Source of the DNA: Candidatus Cryosericum sp.
GTDB lineage: Bacteria > Caldisericota > Caldisericia > Cryosericales > Cryosericaceae
DNA: 16,738 nucleotides
Direction of reading: 5' to 3'
Assembly (NCBI GenBank): GCA_049699855.1
Contig: JBNAWM010000024.1
Span: forward strand, 1 to 16,738
Shown: positions 1-6,888 of the stretch, piece after piece
How the letters are laid out: the number at the start of each line of letters is the position of its first letter
Position numbering within the stretch: position 1 is the stretch's first letter
Program-made: the position numbers and the translations under genes
Notes under the pieces: generated by a model
What the model was told of the DNA's origin: nothing
Databases searched by the model: none
Seen by the model: the letters and a program-made list of their open reading frames with translations, nothing else

Positions 1-1
1 C

Positions 2-391
2 ACCGCACGCCAAACTGTTCCCGAGGCGGTTCCGGCAGGCGCATCCCAGGCCATCCCCAGCCCCGCACCACAGCCGGCACCCCCCATCAGCGCGGTCCCT
101 GCGAAACCTGCTGAGCCAACCCCGCCAGCGCCTGTCGCCGAGACTCCCCATACCCCCCAACCTAGCGCTGCTCCTCCCTCTCCACTGCCTGCGGCAGCCC
201 CACAGCCTCCGCAGTCCGTTGCACAACCCTCTGCGCCTCCGGTCCAACCTGCGGCTCAGCCATCAGCACCAATGCCAGAACGAGAGCAGCCGGCAGCGCC
301 CGCCCAGCACGTAGCACCACCACCAGTGCCGGCCCCTGCCGAGAGGAGGTCCTGGAATCCCTTCCGCAAGCGGGACGACAAGTCGGGGTAA
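2..391 (+). CDS. 3' part of a protein with a Pro/Ala/Gln-rich low-complexity tail (5' end outside window)
   Basis: Frame 2 is open from base 2 to TAA at 389-391: TARQTVPEAVPAGASQAIPSPAPQPAPP...PAPAERRSWNPFRKRDDKSG*. It is absent from the ORF track because its start lies upstream. Confidence 0.8.
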   Translation, partial: TARQTVPEAVPAGASQAIPSPAPQPAPPISAVPAKPAEPTPPAPVAETPHTPQPSAAPPSPLPAAAPQPPQSVAQPSAPPVQPAAQPSAPMPEREQPAAPAQHVAPPPVPAPAERRSWNPFRKRDDKSG

Positions 392-412
392 CGGAAACAG
401 CTCCATGCAATG

Positions 413-440
413 AAAAGAGCCCCGCCTTGCGGCGGGGCTC
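413..440 (-). terminator. Intrinsic terminator downstream of osmC-like gene 1
   Basis: Minus strand GAGCCCCGCC-GCAA-GGCGGGGCTC-TTTT: 10-bp stem, GNRA loop, U tract. Lies between convergent genes. Confidence 0.85.
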
Positions 441-467
441 CAGCATGCCGTCTTCGAAAGGATTGCC

Positions 468-917
468 TTACTTCTCGATCACGATGGTGGCCGGCTTGAG
501 ACTGACACCCTTACCAAGCGAATCGCCCACCGGGCAGCGGCCCTCAATGAACTTCTGGAAAGCCTCGACCTTGTCCTTGGGAGCATCCGTCTTGATGTGC
601 ATGGTGAAGCGGACTTCCTGGTAGCCCGGCCGAACATTGGGATCGCCCTTGAGGAAACCATCAGTGTCGAGGTCGCCCTCGAGCTCAACCCAGAACTCCT
701 TGAGGTCAATGCCCTGAGACTGCGCAAACGCTGCAGCAACGATACACTGGCAGGAGCCCAGCGCGGCGAGCAGTCCCTCGACGGGATTCATCCCCTTGTC
801 GGTTCCTCCAAGAGACGGGGGCTCATCCATGACAATCTTGAAACCACGAGACTCACTCTCGACAGCCAAACCTCCGGGAATCTTGCGAGTAACATTCTTG
901 AACGTTGTCAGTGCCAT
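468..917 (-). CDS. OsmC/Ohr-family protein (paralog 1)
   Basis: DEPPSLGGTDKGMNPVEGLLAALGSC (Cys56) and RCPV (Cys128) motifs; RBS GGAGG upstream. Confidence 0.92.
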   Translation of the reverse strand: MALTTFKNVTRKIPGGLAVESESRGFKIVMDEPPSLGGTDKGMNPVEGLLAALGSCQCIVAAAFAQSQGIDLKEFWVELEGDLDTDGFLKGDPNVRPGYQEVRFTMHIKTDAPKDKVEAFQKFIEGRCPVGDSLGKGVSLKPATIVIEK

Positions 918-970
918 TTCTACACCTCCATGTAGGTTGGTGCGGGATCCTCTCCCGCCTCACACCCTCA

Positions 971-1022
971 AGCATAGTCAACGGCAGCAGACTTCACGAA
1001 CACTCTGTGAATTTGTTCACAA
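971..1022 (-). promoter_or_regulatory. Promoter module with Rex/CRP-type palindrome upstream of osmC-like gene 1
   Basis: -10-like TATGCT (976-971); GTGAAG (997-992) only 15 bp away; palindrome cTGTGAAtttgTTCACAA at 1005-1022, one mismatch to the Rex consensus TTGTGAA-N4-TTCACAA. Confidence 0.7.
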
Positions 1023-1088
1023 GTTCCTTCATTGTCAGACCTGTTGGACACACTCCAGTGATTCTCAGCTATCGTGATGACTGCAACA

Positions 1089-1118
1089 AGAGGGCTCCTC
1101 CTCTCGGCGGGGCCCTCT
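1089..1118 (-). terminator. Probable terminator hairpin between the two osmC-like genes
   Basis: AGAGGGC...GCCCTCT stem with an imperfect extension, followed on the minus strand by TGTT (weak U tract). Confidence 0.55.
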
Positions 1119-1144
1119 CAGGTGAACTTTGATGATGAAGTCAG

Positions 1145-1594
1145 CTATCTCTCCAGCACAACATCCGCAGGCACGCCCGCGACGCCATTGACCAGCGAAC
1201 TATCAACAGGGCAGCGGCTCTCCACGAATTTCTGGAACTCCTCGACCTTGTCCTCGGGGGCGTCGGTCTTGATGTGCACCTTCAAACGGATCTGCTGGAA
1301 TCCAACGGGCACACCAGGTGCGCCTTTCATGAATCCTGCAGGGTCCAGATCCCCTTCTACCTCGACCCAGTAATCCTTCAGGTCCATTCCCTGGAATTTG
1401 GCAAACGCTGCGGCGGTGACAACCTGGCAGGAACCCAGTGCCACCAGCAGGCCTTCAACCGGACTCATCCCTGTATCCGTGCCACCCATCGAGGGCGGCT
1501 CATCCATCGTGATCTTGAAGCCATGGGATTCGCTCTCTACGGCGAGTCCCCCCGTTCCCTTGCGTGAAACAGCCTTGAACGTTACCAATGCCAT
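1145..1594 (-). CDS. OsmC/Ohr-family protein (paralog 2)
   Basis: Same motifs (DEPPSMGG, LGSC, RCPV). 149 aa, gap-free alignment to paralog 1 with about 101/149 identities by hand count. RBS GGAGG. Confidence 0.92.
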   Translation of the reverse strand: MALVTFKAVSRKGTGGLAVESESHGFKITMDEPPSMGGTDTGMSPVEGLLVALGSCQVVTAAAFAKFQGMDLKDYWVEVEGDLDPAGFMKGAPGVPVGFQQIRLKVHIKTDAPEDKVEEFQKFVESRCPVDSSLVNGVAGVPADVVLER

Positions 1595-1646
1595 GTTGGC
1601 ACCTCCACTTTTGTCCTGAGACGGGAGAATCTCCCGCTACGTTGAT

Positions 1647-1703
1647 AGCATAGTTGCAACAACTAGAAACTTCAAGGATAAGAGAACGTGAGTTTCTTCA
1701 CAT
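1647..1703 (-). promoter_or_regulatory. Sigma70-type promoter plus Rex/CRP-type box upstream of osmC-like gene 2
   Basis: TTGAAG (1675-1670)-17 bp-TATGCT (1652-1647); box acGTGAgtttcTTCACAt at 1686-1703. Confidence 0.7.
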
Positions 1704-1756
1704 TGTCAAGCCATGTCGCTTGTCATGATTCGGCCTGACGTTCGGCCCCCAATGAA

Positions 1757-1783
1757 CAAGGGAAGGCATGGCGCCTTCCCTTG
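1757..1783 (-). terminator. Terminator of the sulfur-relay operon
   Basis: Perfect 11-bp stem CAAGGGAAGGC/GCCTTCCCTTG about 25 bp after the dsrH-like stop, followed by TTCATT on the minus strand. Confidence 0.7.
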
Positions 1784-1807
1784 GTGGCTGCTGTCTCCCG
1801 CTTTCGC

Positions 1808-2086
1808 TCAGGAAATGACTCTCTCGTTCTGCTCGGTGATCTCGGCGAACCCATCGTAATCAACCAATGGAATCTGGCTCTCCTCGGGCGTGAACCCCCG
1901 GGCAAGATAGTCTTCCTTGAGGGCGACCAGCTTCACGCCTTGCGGTACCTGAGCCTTGAGGCTCTCGTCAGCTGCAAACAGGGTACCGTCCTGGATGAAT
2001 GCAACGGTGTCTCCCTCCATCGCCAGCTTTAGCAATTCGTGAGTAATCGTGTGCGCAGCACTCTTCTTCACTATGATCAATGCCAT
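1808..2086 (-). CDS. DsrH/TusB-family sulfur relay subunit
   Basis: 92 aa; GDTVAFIQDG, ALKEDYLARG and VDYDGFAEIT match DsrH/TusB; follows DsrE- and DsrF-like genes. Confidence 0.85.
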   Translation of the reverse strand: MALIIVKKSAAHTITHELLKLAMEGDTVAFIQDGTLFAADESLKAQVPQGVKLVALKEDYLARGFTPEESQIPLVDYDGFAEITEQNERVIS

Positions 2087-2095
2087 CGGAGCCTC

Positions 2096-2455
2096 CTAGA
2101 AGAAAATGACCGTGTCAAACGAATGGACAAGCGCTGGAAGTTCCGCCTCAGTCGTCTTTGTGAGATTCCAGTGCGGTTCCATCTCGTTGTCCTTGACGCC
2201 ATATTTCGCAAGGTCCTCTGCCGTCGCATAGATCTGCGTCTGGTACTTCTCGATGTACTTGAACGTGATCGACAGGGGAAGGCATCCGACGCCCTCGGGC
2301 TTGCAGTTCGCGTGGACAGCCAGCACCGCCTCATCCTTGAAGAGAACGGCAGGCTCCAGATCCTGCCCGTACATGCCAAACGCACTTCGGAACGCTTCAT
2401 TGATCCAGATGCTTCCTGCTGGTGAACTGTAGACGACAAATAGCACTTTTTTCAT
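2096..2455 (-). CDS. DsrF/TusC-family sulfur relay subunit
   Basis: 119 aa; KKVLFVVYSSPAGS...EAFR...VLFKDEAVL...EDLAKYG...FDTVIFF pattern; position between DsrE- and DsrH-like genes. Confidence 0.82.
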   Translation of the reverse strand: MKKVLFVVYSSPAGSIWINEAFRSAFGMYGQDLEPAVLFKDEAVLAVHANCKPEGVGCLPLSITFKYIEKYQTQIYATAEDLAKYGVKDNEMEPHWNLTKTTEAELPALVHSFDTVIFF

Positions 2456-2465
2456 AGTGTGCCCC

Positions 2466-2819
2466 CTACGGCATGAGGTTGATGTATCTGTCGGAGTTGT
2501 AGATGAGTGCTGCCATCTCAGGCACTCCGGAGAACACCGTGCCGTTCGAATTCATTCCGGGAAGAAGGCCCCGGTACTCTGCGCACAGCCCGCAGATGTT
2601 GATTTCGGCACCCTTTGCCGCAAGCTCTTCCATCATCACCGGCAGGTTCCGGTCGATCCTCATGGGCTTGATGTTCTTGTTGACTGCGAGAATCGAGTCC
2701 GAGAAAAGGAAGATGGAAACCTTGTGCCCTCTTCGGAGAAATGCCTCTGCCATGTGGATGGCGGTATCCACGTCTTGATTGGTGTATGGGGCAACGTTCA
2801 CCTGAATTGTGATATGCAT
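2466..2819 (-). CDS. DsrE/TusD-family sulfurtransferase subunit
   Basis: 117 aa; APY, GHKVSIFLFSDSI and ICGLCAEYRG (active-site Cys motif). Confidence 0.88.
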   Translation of the reverse strand: MHITIQVNVAPYTNQDVDTAIHMAEAFLRRGHKVSIFLFSDSILAVNKNIKPMRIDRNLPVMMEELAAKGAEINICGLCAEYRGLLPGMNSNGTVFSGVPEMAALIYNSDRYINLMP

Positions 2820-2828
2820 GGAGTACTC

Positions 2829-3848
2829 CTACTTCTCGCGCTGGAAGAGCCACCACACCATGGCCCAGTTGCCCAGTACGAAGAAAGTGGTTGCCAGGAT
2901 AGAGCCAACCGCAAGATGTGGAAGTCCAGAAAGGACATGGCCAATGTTGCAACCCTGAGCCACGCCTGCGCCAAATCCCATGAAAATACCACCGAGCGCC
3001 ACCTTGAGGAAGGTTTTGGGATCCTTGGGCAGTCTCATCTTAAACTCTTTCGAGATCAGCGCAGCTATGAATGCACCTACGACAATTCCCAGGACTTCCA
3101 TTCCCAGCCAGTTGTAGGGAACCGGCTTGGTGGGATCAAGATTTGCCGTAGTGGTTCTGAACAGGTTGATCCATCCACCCGTAATGCCCAGCGCGTAGGT
3201 CTTCTGCGAAAGGTAGGCAATGATGCCTACAACACCGACGGCGATTCCGCCCCATTTCCAATCAAGCCCCGTGACCTTCCTCTCCGTCGTCTTCGTGAAC
3301 ACAACAACAGCAAGCAGCAGAGCGGCGAAGATGAGTGCGATGATCCATGGATTGATGTTCAGCCAATTTGCAAGGGTGAGATTCACTGCCCCGTCCTTGG
3401 CCGTGTAGAATCCACCGGGGTTGTTGGTTGTGGTGATTGCCTTTCCAAACCACTTGTTGACAAAGTTGAGTGGACCGCCCCTTACCGCGGCTGCAGTCAC
3501 GCCAAAAAAGATTGCTGCAACAAAAGCCGTGACGTAGCCTTCACCAATTCTGTAGGTGATACCGCTGGCGCAGCCCCCTGCCAGCACCATGCCCATGCCA
3601 AAGATGAACCCGCCGATGATGTCCGCCAGCGGGATAAACGGCAGCGGGCTGAGTTTGATCCATCCAAACTGCGCTGCGGCCTGGAACCCAATCGTCTCGA
3701 CCAGGATGGCGACAAGTGCCATCTTGAGCAGATAGTTGTCCTTGGTCAGCTTGATATCACGAAATGCCGAGTTGAAGCACAGTCTGGATCGTTGCAGTAC
3801 CACACCAAACAGAATTCCGACCAGCAGTCCCTGGACTATTGAACTCAT
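2829..3848 (-). CDS. YeeE/YedE (TsuA-like) sulfur-compound/thiosulfate transporter
   Basis: Multi-pass membrane protein with the three characteristic Cys motifs QRSRLCF, LAGGCASG and AQGCNIGH. Confidence 0.92.
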   Translation of the reverse strand: MSSIVQGLLVGILFGVVLQRSRLCFNSAFRDIKLTKDNYLLKMALVAILVETIGFQAAAQFGWIKLSPLPFIPLADIIGGFIFGMGMVLAGGCASGITYRIGEGYVTAFVAAIFFGVTAAAVRGGPLNFVNKWFGKAITTTNNPGGFYTAKDGAVNLTLANWLNINPWIIALIFAALLLAVVVFTKTTERKVTGLDWKWGGIAVGVVGIIAYLSQKTYALGITGGWINLFRTTTANLDPTKPVPYNWLGMEVLGIVVGAFIAALISKEFKMRLPKDPKTFLKVALGGIFMGFGAGVAQGCNIGHVLSGLPHLAVGSILATTFFVLGNWAMVWWLFQREK

Positions 3849-3873
3849 TTCCTTCCTCCCTGGATTTGATTGG

Positions 3874-4113
3874 TTACAGTTTCTTGATCAAAACACGCCA
3901 CTCACTTGGTCCGCTATCCTCGATGGACAGTACTTCTCCTCCGACGTCCTTGACGCCCGCCGGGATCCTCTCCTTGGAGAGCGCATAATCGATGAGGACC
4001 TCAAGGATTTCTCCCGACTTCATGGTCTTGAGCTTTCTCCGCGTATCTACATCCGGAATGGGGCATACCTCGCCGCGTTCGTCAATGGTGCAGGTTGGCT
4101 TGATCTCTTCCAT
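3874..4113 (-). CDS. TusA/SirA/YeeD-family sulfurtransferase
   Basis: Start moved to ATG 4113 behind RBS AGGAGG; 79 aa; IDERGEVCPIP motif (CPxP). Confidence 0.92.
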   Translation of the reverse strand: MEEIKPTCTIDERGEVCPIPDVDTRRKLKTMKSGEILEVLIDYALSKERIPAGVKDVGGEVLSIEDSGPSEWRVLIKKL

Positions 4114-4171
4114 GTTGAAACCTCCTGTTCTGGATTTGTCACTGCGTGGTGCTTCTCTCATACAACCGACG

Positions 4172-4558
4172 TTATGCTGATGCTTCCCCTTTCCCTGCTG
4201 TTTCCCTCTGAGCAACCACCTCCCTGATCTTCTGTACCGCCTGCTCCGTATTCAGATTCCTGATCTCGATCCCCACATGCTTGTCCCGGCCAAATCCTAC
4301 GCTGTCAAACGCGTCCCGGTACATTTTCCGCTGCATGGTGGGATCGCAGGCGGCAACGTACAGCTCATCGATCTCAGCTCCGCGAAGCAACTCCCTCAGA
4401 TACCTGTCTCCATCGTCGGAACAGAGCTGAGGGTGAACACCCACCCAGTCAAACACATCGTCTCCCCTCAGGGCATTGAGAACCCCAAAGGTATCCATCG
4501 CTTGAAACGACGGGCATGTTCCCTGGCATACACACAGGAGCAATCCTTTCTTTGTCAT
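4172..4558 (-). CDS. Small Cys-rich protein resembling the N-terminal Fe-S domain of heterodisulfide reductase HdrA
   Basis: Start ATG 4558 with RBS GAGGAG; 128 aa. LLLCVCQGTC...HPQLCSDDG...LYVAACDP...IEIRN parallels the HdrA N-domain pattern VxxCxCG...LCSxxG...VVAACSP...NIRE. Confidence 0.7.
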   Translation of the reverse strand: MTKKGLLLCVCQGTCPSFQAMDTFGVLNALRGDDVFDWVGVHPQLCSDDGDRYLRELLRGAEIDELYVAACDPTMQRKMYRDAFDSVGFGRDKHVGIEIRNLNTEQAVQKIREVVAQRETAGKGEASA

Positions 4559-4560
4559 GT

Positions 4561-4770
4561 CTATCTCCTCTTGTCTCCAAAATAGCTGATTGCGTCGTTG
4601 TCGCAGATCTTGGAACATCCTCTGCAAAACTGGACGCAGTTGACCGGATGGACAACCTCCGGAAACGCCTCCACACCAATGGTGTAGACGTCGTGCGGAC
4701 AAAAATTAACGCATTCGTGGCACTTGAGACACTTTCCCTGATCGATCACGGGATACCAACCTGCTGCCAT
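4561..4770 (-). CDS. 2x[4Fe-4S] ferredoxin-like protein
   Basis: Start ATG 4770 behind AAGGAG; CLKCHECVNFCP and CVQFCRGCSKIC motifs; 69 aa. Confidence 0.9.
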   Translation of the reverse strand: MAAGWYPVIDQGKCLKCHECVNFCPHDVYTIGVEAFPEVVHPVNCVQFCRGCSKICDNDAISYFGDKRR

Positions 4771-4771
4771 G

Positions 4772-5113
4772 TCATTCACTCCTTTCACTGTTCTGGATTT
4801 TCTTCAACACGTCTGCAACTCTTGCGACGGGGATTTCCCGAAGTGCTATGCCCCGTTGGAGAAGAGCGCGGGTTACTGCTTCATTCTCAATGGACCCGAC
4901 TACCAGCATTTCTGCACCAGTTGATGCCAGGACCTGCGCGACTTCTTCGCCATCGAGCACCGCGCCGGCGGTAAAGGCATTTTCGAGGTTGGTGACCTTC
5001 TTGAGACGTTCGCCTTCCAGCTCGACAACAGTGAAGTACGCTGATTGGGCAATCGTCGCGCCAAGATCGCTGTTCAGGCCCAGATGATTCTTCGATGCAA
5101 AGGCGATGATCAT
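4772..5113 (-). CDS. NifB/NifX (dinitrogenase FeMo-cofactor binding) family protein
   Basis: MIIAFAS...SAYFTVVELEG...LEN...LASTGAEMLVVGSI...LLQRGI pattern; 113 aa. Confidence 0.75.
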   Translation of the reverse strand: MIIAFASKNHLGLNSDLGATIAQSAYFTVVELEGERLKKVTNLENAFTAGAVLDGEEVAQVLASTGAEMLVVGSIENEAVTRALLQRGIALREIPVARVADVLKKIQNSERSE

Positions 5114-5169
5114 CCTGCCACCTTCATCGCGCCTTTCGCGCCGTGGAGCATACAGCTGTTCAATCTCAT
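5110..5169 (-). CDS. Putative 19-aa leader peptide MRLNSCMLHGAKGAMKVAG
   Basis: RBS AGGAG upstream of ATG 5169; its TGA overlaps the ATG of the NifX-like gene (ATGA). Confidence 0.4.
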   Translation of the reverse strand: MRLNSCMLHGAKGAMKVAG

Positions 5170-5220
5170 TTCACCACTCCTGTTCTCGGATGAGACGGGA
5201 TTCGGCTCCGTCGTGCTATA

Positions 5221-5315
5221 ATCCTAGTTGCAGTACATGGAAACTTCAAGCAGCATATTCTGTTAATTCATTCACAATCACATCGCCATTATATATAATT
5301 GTCTCCATCATGCAA
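5221..5315 (-). promoter_or_regulatory. Promoter(s) and Rex/CRP-type box of the sulfur-relay operon
   Basis: TTGAAG (5249-5244)-17-TAGGAT (5226-5221); box cTGTtAAttcaTTCACAA at 5260-5277; second candidate promoter TTGCAT (5315-5310)-16-TATAAT (5293-5288). Confidence 0.7.
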
Positions 5316-5321
5316 CCTTCG

Positions 5322-5351
5322 TTGACATGTTCCCATTCAAGTCCATACTGT
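5322..5351 (+). promoter_or_regulatory. Sigma70-type promoter of the DEAD-box helicase
   Basis: TTGACA at 5322-5327, then CATACT (16-bp spacer) or TACTGT (18-bp spacer). Confidence 0.6.
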
Positions 5352-5544
5352 ACCGTCTTAAAGGTCCGTGCACAGGGAAACAGACGATTGGGATTCATCC
5401 CGGTCGAACGCTCACTGTCGATGTCTCACAGCATGGGTCCACTAGCACTCGCCACACCCGTGCGGCGACATCCGACATAAGAAAGAGCCGCCTGCTGACT
5501 GTCTGAGAGCGTCATCCTGTCGAGCGCCGGCACAAGGAGCTCAC

Positions 5545-6861
5545 GTGACTTTTGATTCATTTCATCTCGACCCCCGCCTCACTGCGGGTATTGCTTCATG
5601 CGGTTACACCACACCCACGCCCATCCAGGAACAGGGCATTCCGCCCGTGATGGAAGGCCGTGACGTTATGGGCCTGGCGCAGACCGGAACTGGCAAGACT
5701 GCCGCCTACGCGCTCCCCATTATGGAGCGTCTCCTGAAGGGCCCGCATGGTTCCCTCCGCGCTCTTGTCCTGGCCCCGACACGGGAACTGGCCGAGCAGA
5801 TCGCCAGCGACTTCCGCACCCTGGGCCGCAAGGCCCGCCTCTCCGTGCTCACGATCTACGGTGGCGTCGGCATCAATCCACAGATTGACACGCTCCGGCG
5901 CGGCGTGGACATCGTCATTGCCTGCCCGGGCCGCCTCCTCGACCACATCAACCAGGGCACGGTCGACCTCACGAAGATCCAGATCATGGTCCTCGACGAG
6001 GCCGACATGATGCTGGACATGGGCTTTCTGCCCGATGTCCGCCGCATCATAGGAAACCTGCCGGGCCAACGCCAGAACTTGCTCTTCAGTGCGACCATGC
6101 CTGAGGATATCCGCCATCTGGCCGATGCAATCCTGCATGACCCTGTGACGGTCCAGATCGGCCATTCAGCCCCGGTGGAAACGGTTTCACACGCGCTCTA
6201 CCCGGTGCCACAGCACCTGAAGACCCCTCTGCTCATCGAGCTGTTGAAGCACACCGATACGGAATCCGTCCTCATCTTCACCCGTACCAAGCATCGCGCC
6301 AAGAAGCTTGGCGAGAAGCTGGCCAATGAGGGCTACCGTGCAACGTCACTGCAGGGCAACCTGTCACAGCGCGCACGACAGGCAGCACTGGGCGGCTTCC
6401 GCGATGGCAGCTACAAGGTGTTGGTCGCGACCGACATTGCAGCCCGTGGCATCGATGTCACCCAGATCTCCCATGTCATCAACTATGACATCCCCGATAC
6501 GACGGATGCCTATACGCACCGCATTGGGCGAACCGGCCGCGCCCTGCATTCAGGAGACGCCTTCACCCTTGTCACTGAAGAGGACACGATGCTGGTCCGC
6601 GATATCGAAAAGGTACTGGGAACTCCTATCGAACGGCGCACCCTCAGCGGCTTTGACTACAAGGCACCGGCACCAAAGCGGGAAACGGAGTTCGCCTGGG
6701 ATCACAGACCCGAGGTACGATCCGGCAGACCCCAGCGCTCCGGAACAGCCGATACACGCCCCGCTTCGGGGGTACGGCATCATGAAAACAGCGTGAATGC
6801 ATCAAAAAGCTCGAACCATCGCTCAGTGACAAGAAAAGCCGCAAATATCCGAACCTCTTGA
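5545..6861 (+). CDS. DEAD-box ATP-dependent RNA helicase, RhlE-like
   Basis: Q motif, AQTGTGKT, PTRELA, LDEAD, SAT, ARGID, HRIGRTGR; basic disordered C-terminal tail; GTG start with AAGGAG RBS. Confidence 0.97.
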   Translation: MTFDSFHLDPRLTAGIASCGYTTPTPIQEQGIPPVMEGRDVMGLAQTGTGKTAAYALPIMERLLKGPHGSLRALVLAPTRELAEQIASDFRTLGRKARLSVLTIYGGVGINPQIDTLRRGVDIVIACPGRLLDHINQGTVDLTKIQIMVLDEADMMLDMGFLPDVRRIIGNLPGQRQNLLFSATMPEDIRHLADAILHDPVTVQIGHSAPVETVSHALYPVPQHLKTPLLIELLKHTDTESVLIFTRTKHRAKKLGEKLANEGYRATSLQGNLSQRARQAALGGFRDGSYKVLVATDIAARGIDVTQISHVINYDIPDTTDAYTHRIGRTGRALHSGDAFTLVTEEDTMLVRDIEKVLGTPIERRTLSGFDYKAPAPKRETEFAWDHRPEVRSGRPQRSGTADTRPASGVRHHENSVNASKSSNHRSVTRKAANIRTS

Positions 6862-6887
6862 CACAATTTTGGGAAAAGTGATATAAT
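6858..6887 (+). promoter_or_regulatory. Consensus sigma70 promoter overlapping the helicase stop codon
   Basis: TTGACA (6858-6863)-18 bp-TATAAT (6882-6887) with extended -10 TG at 6879-6880. Confidence 0.8.
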
Positions 6888-6888
6888 A

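Noticed and set aside
162..446. 94-aa minus-strand ORF
   Set aside because: Starts across a terminator hairpin and is antisense to the Pro-rich + strand frame.
2457..3842. 461-aa + strand ORF
   Set aside because: Antisense shadow of the well-supported yeeE- and dsrE-like genes; no recognisable motif or RBS.
4772..5113. Nitrogen fixation or dissimilatory sulfite reduction inferred from NifX-like and DsrEFH-like genes
   Set aside because: These families are common outside those pathways; no nifHDK, dsrAB or dsrC here.
468..5169. Possible selenocysteine (TGA) recoding in the sulfur locus
   Set aside because: Catalytic positions are ordinary Cys in uninterrupted ORFs; reading through the leader ORF's TGA meets another stop 12 codons later.
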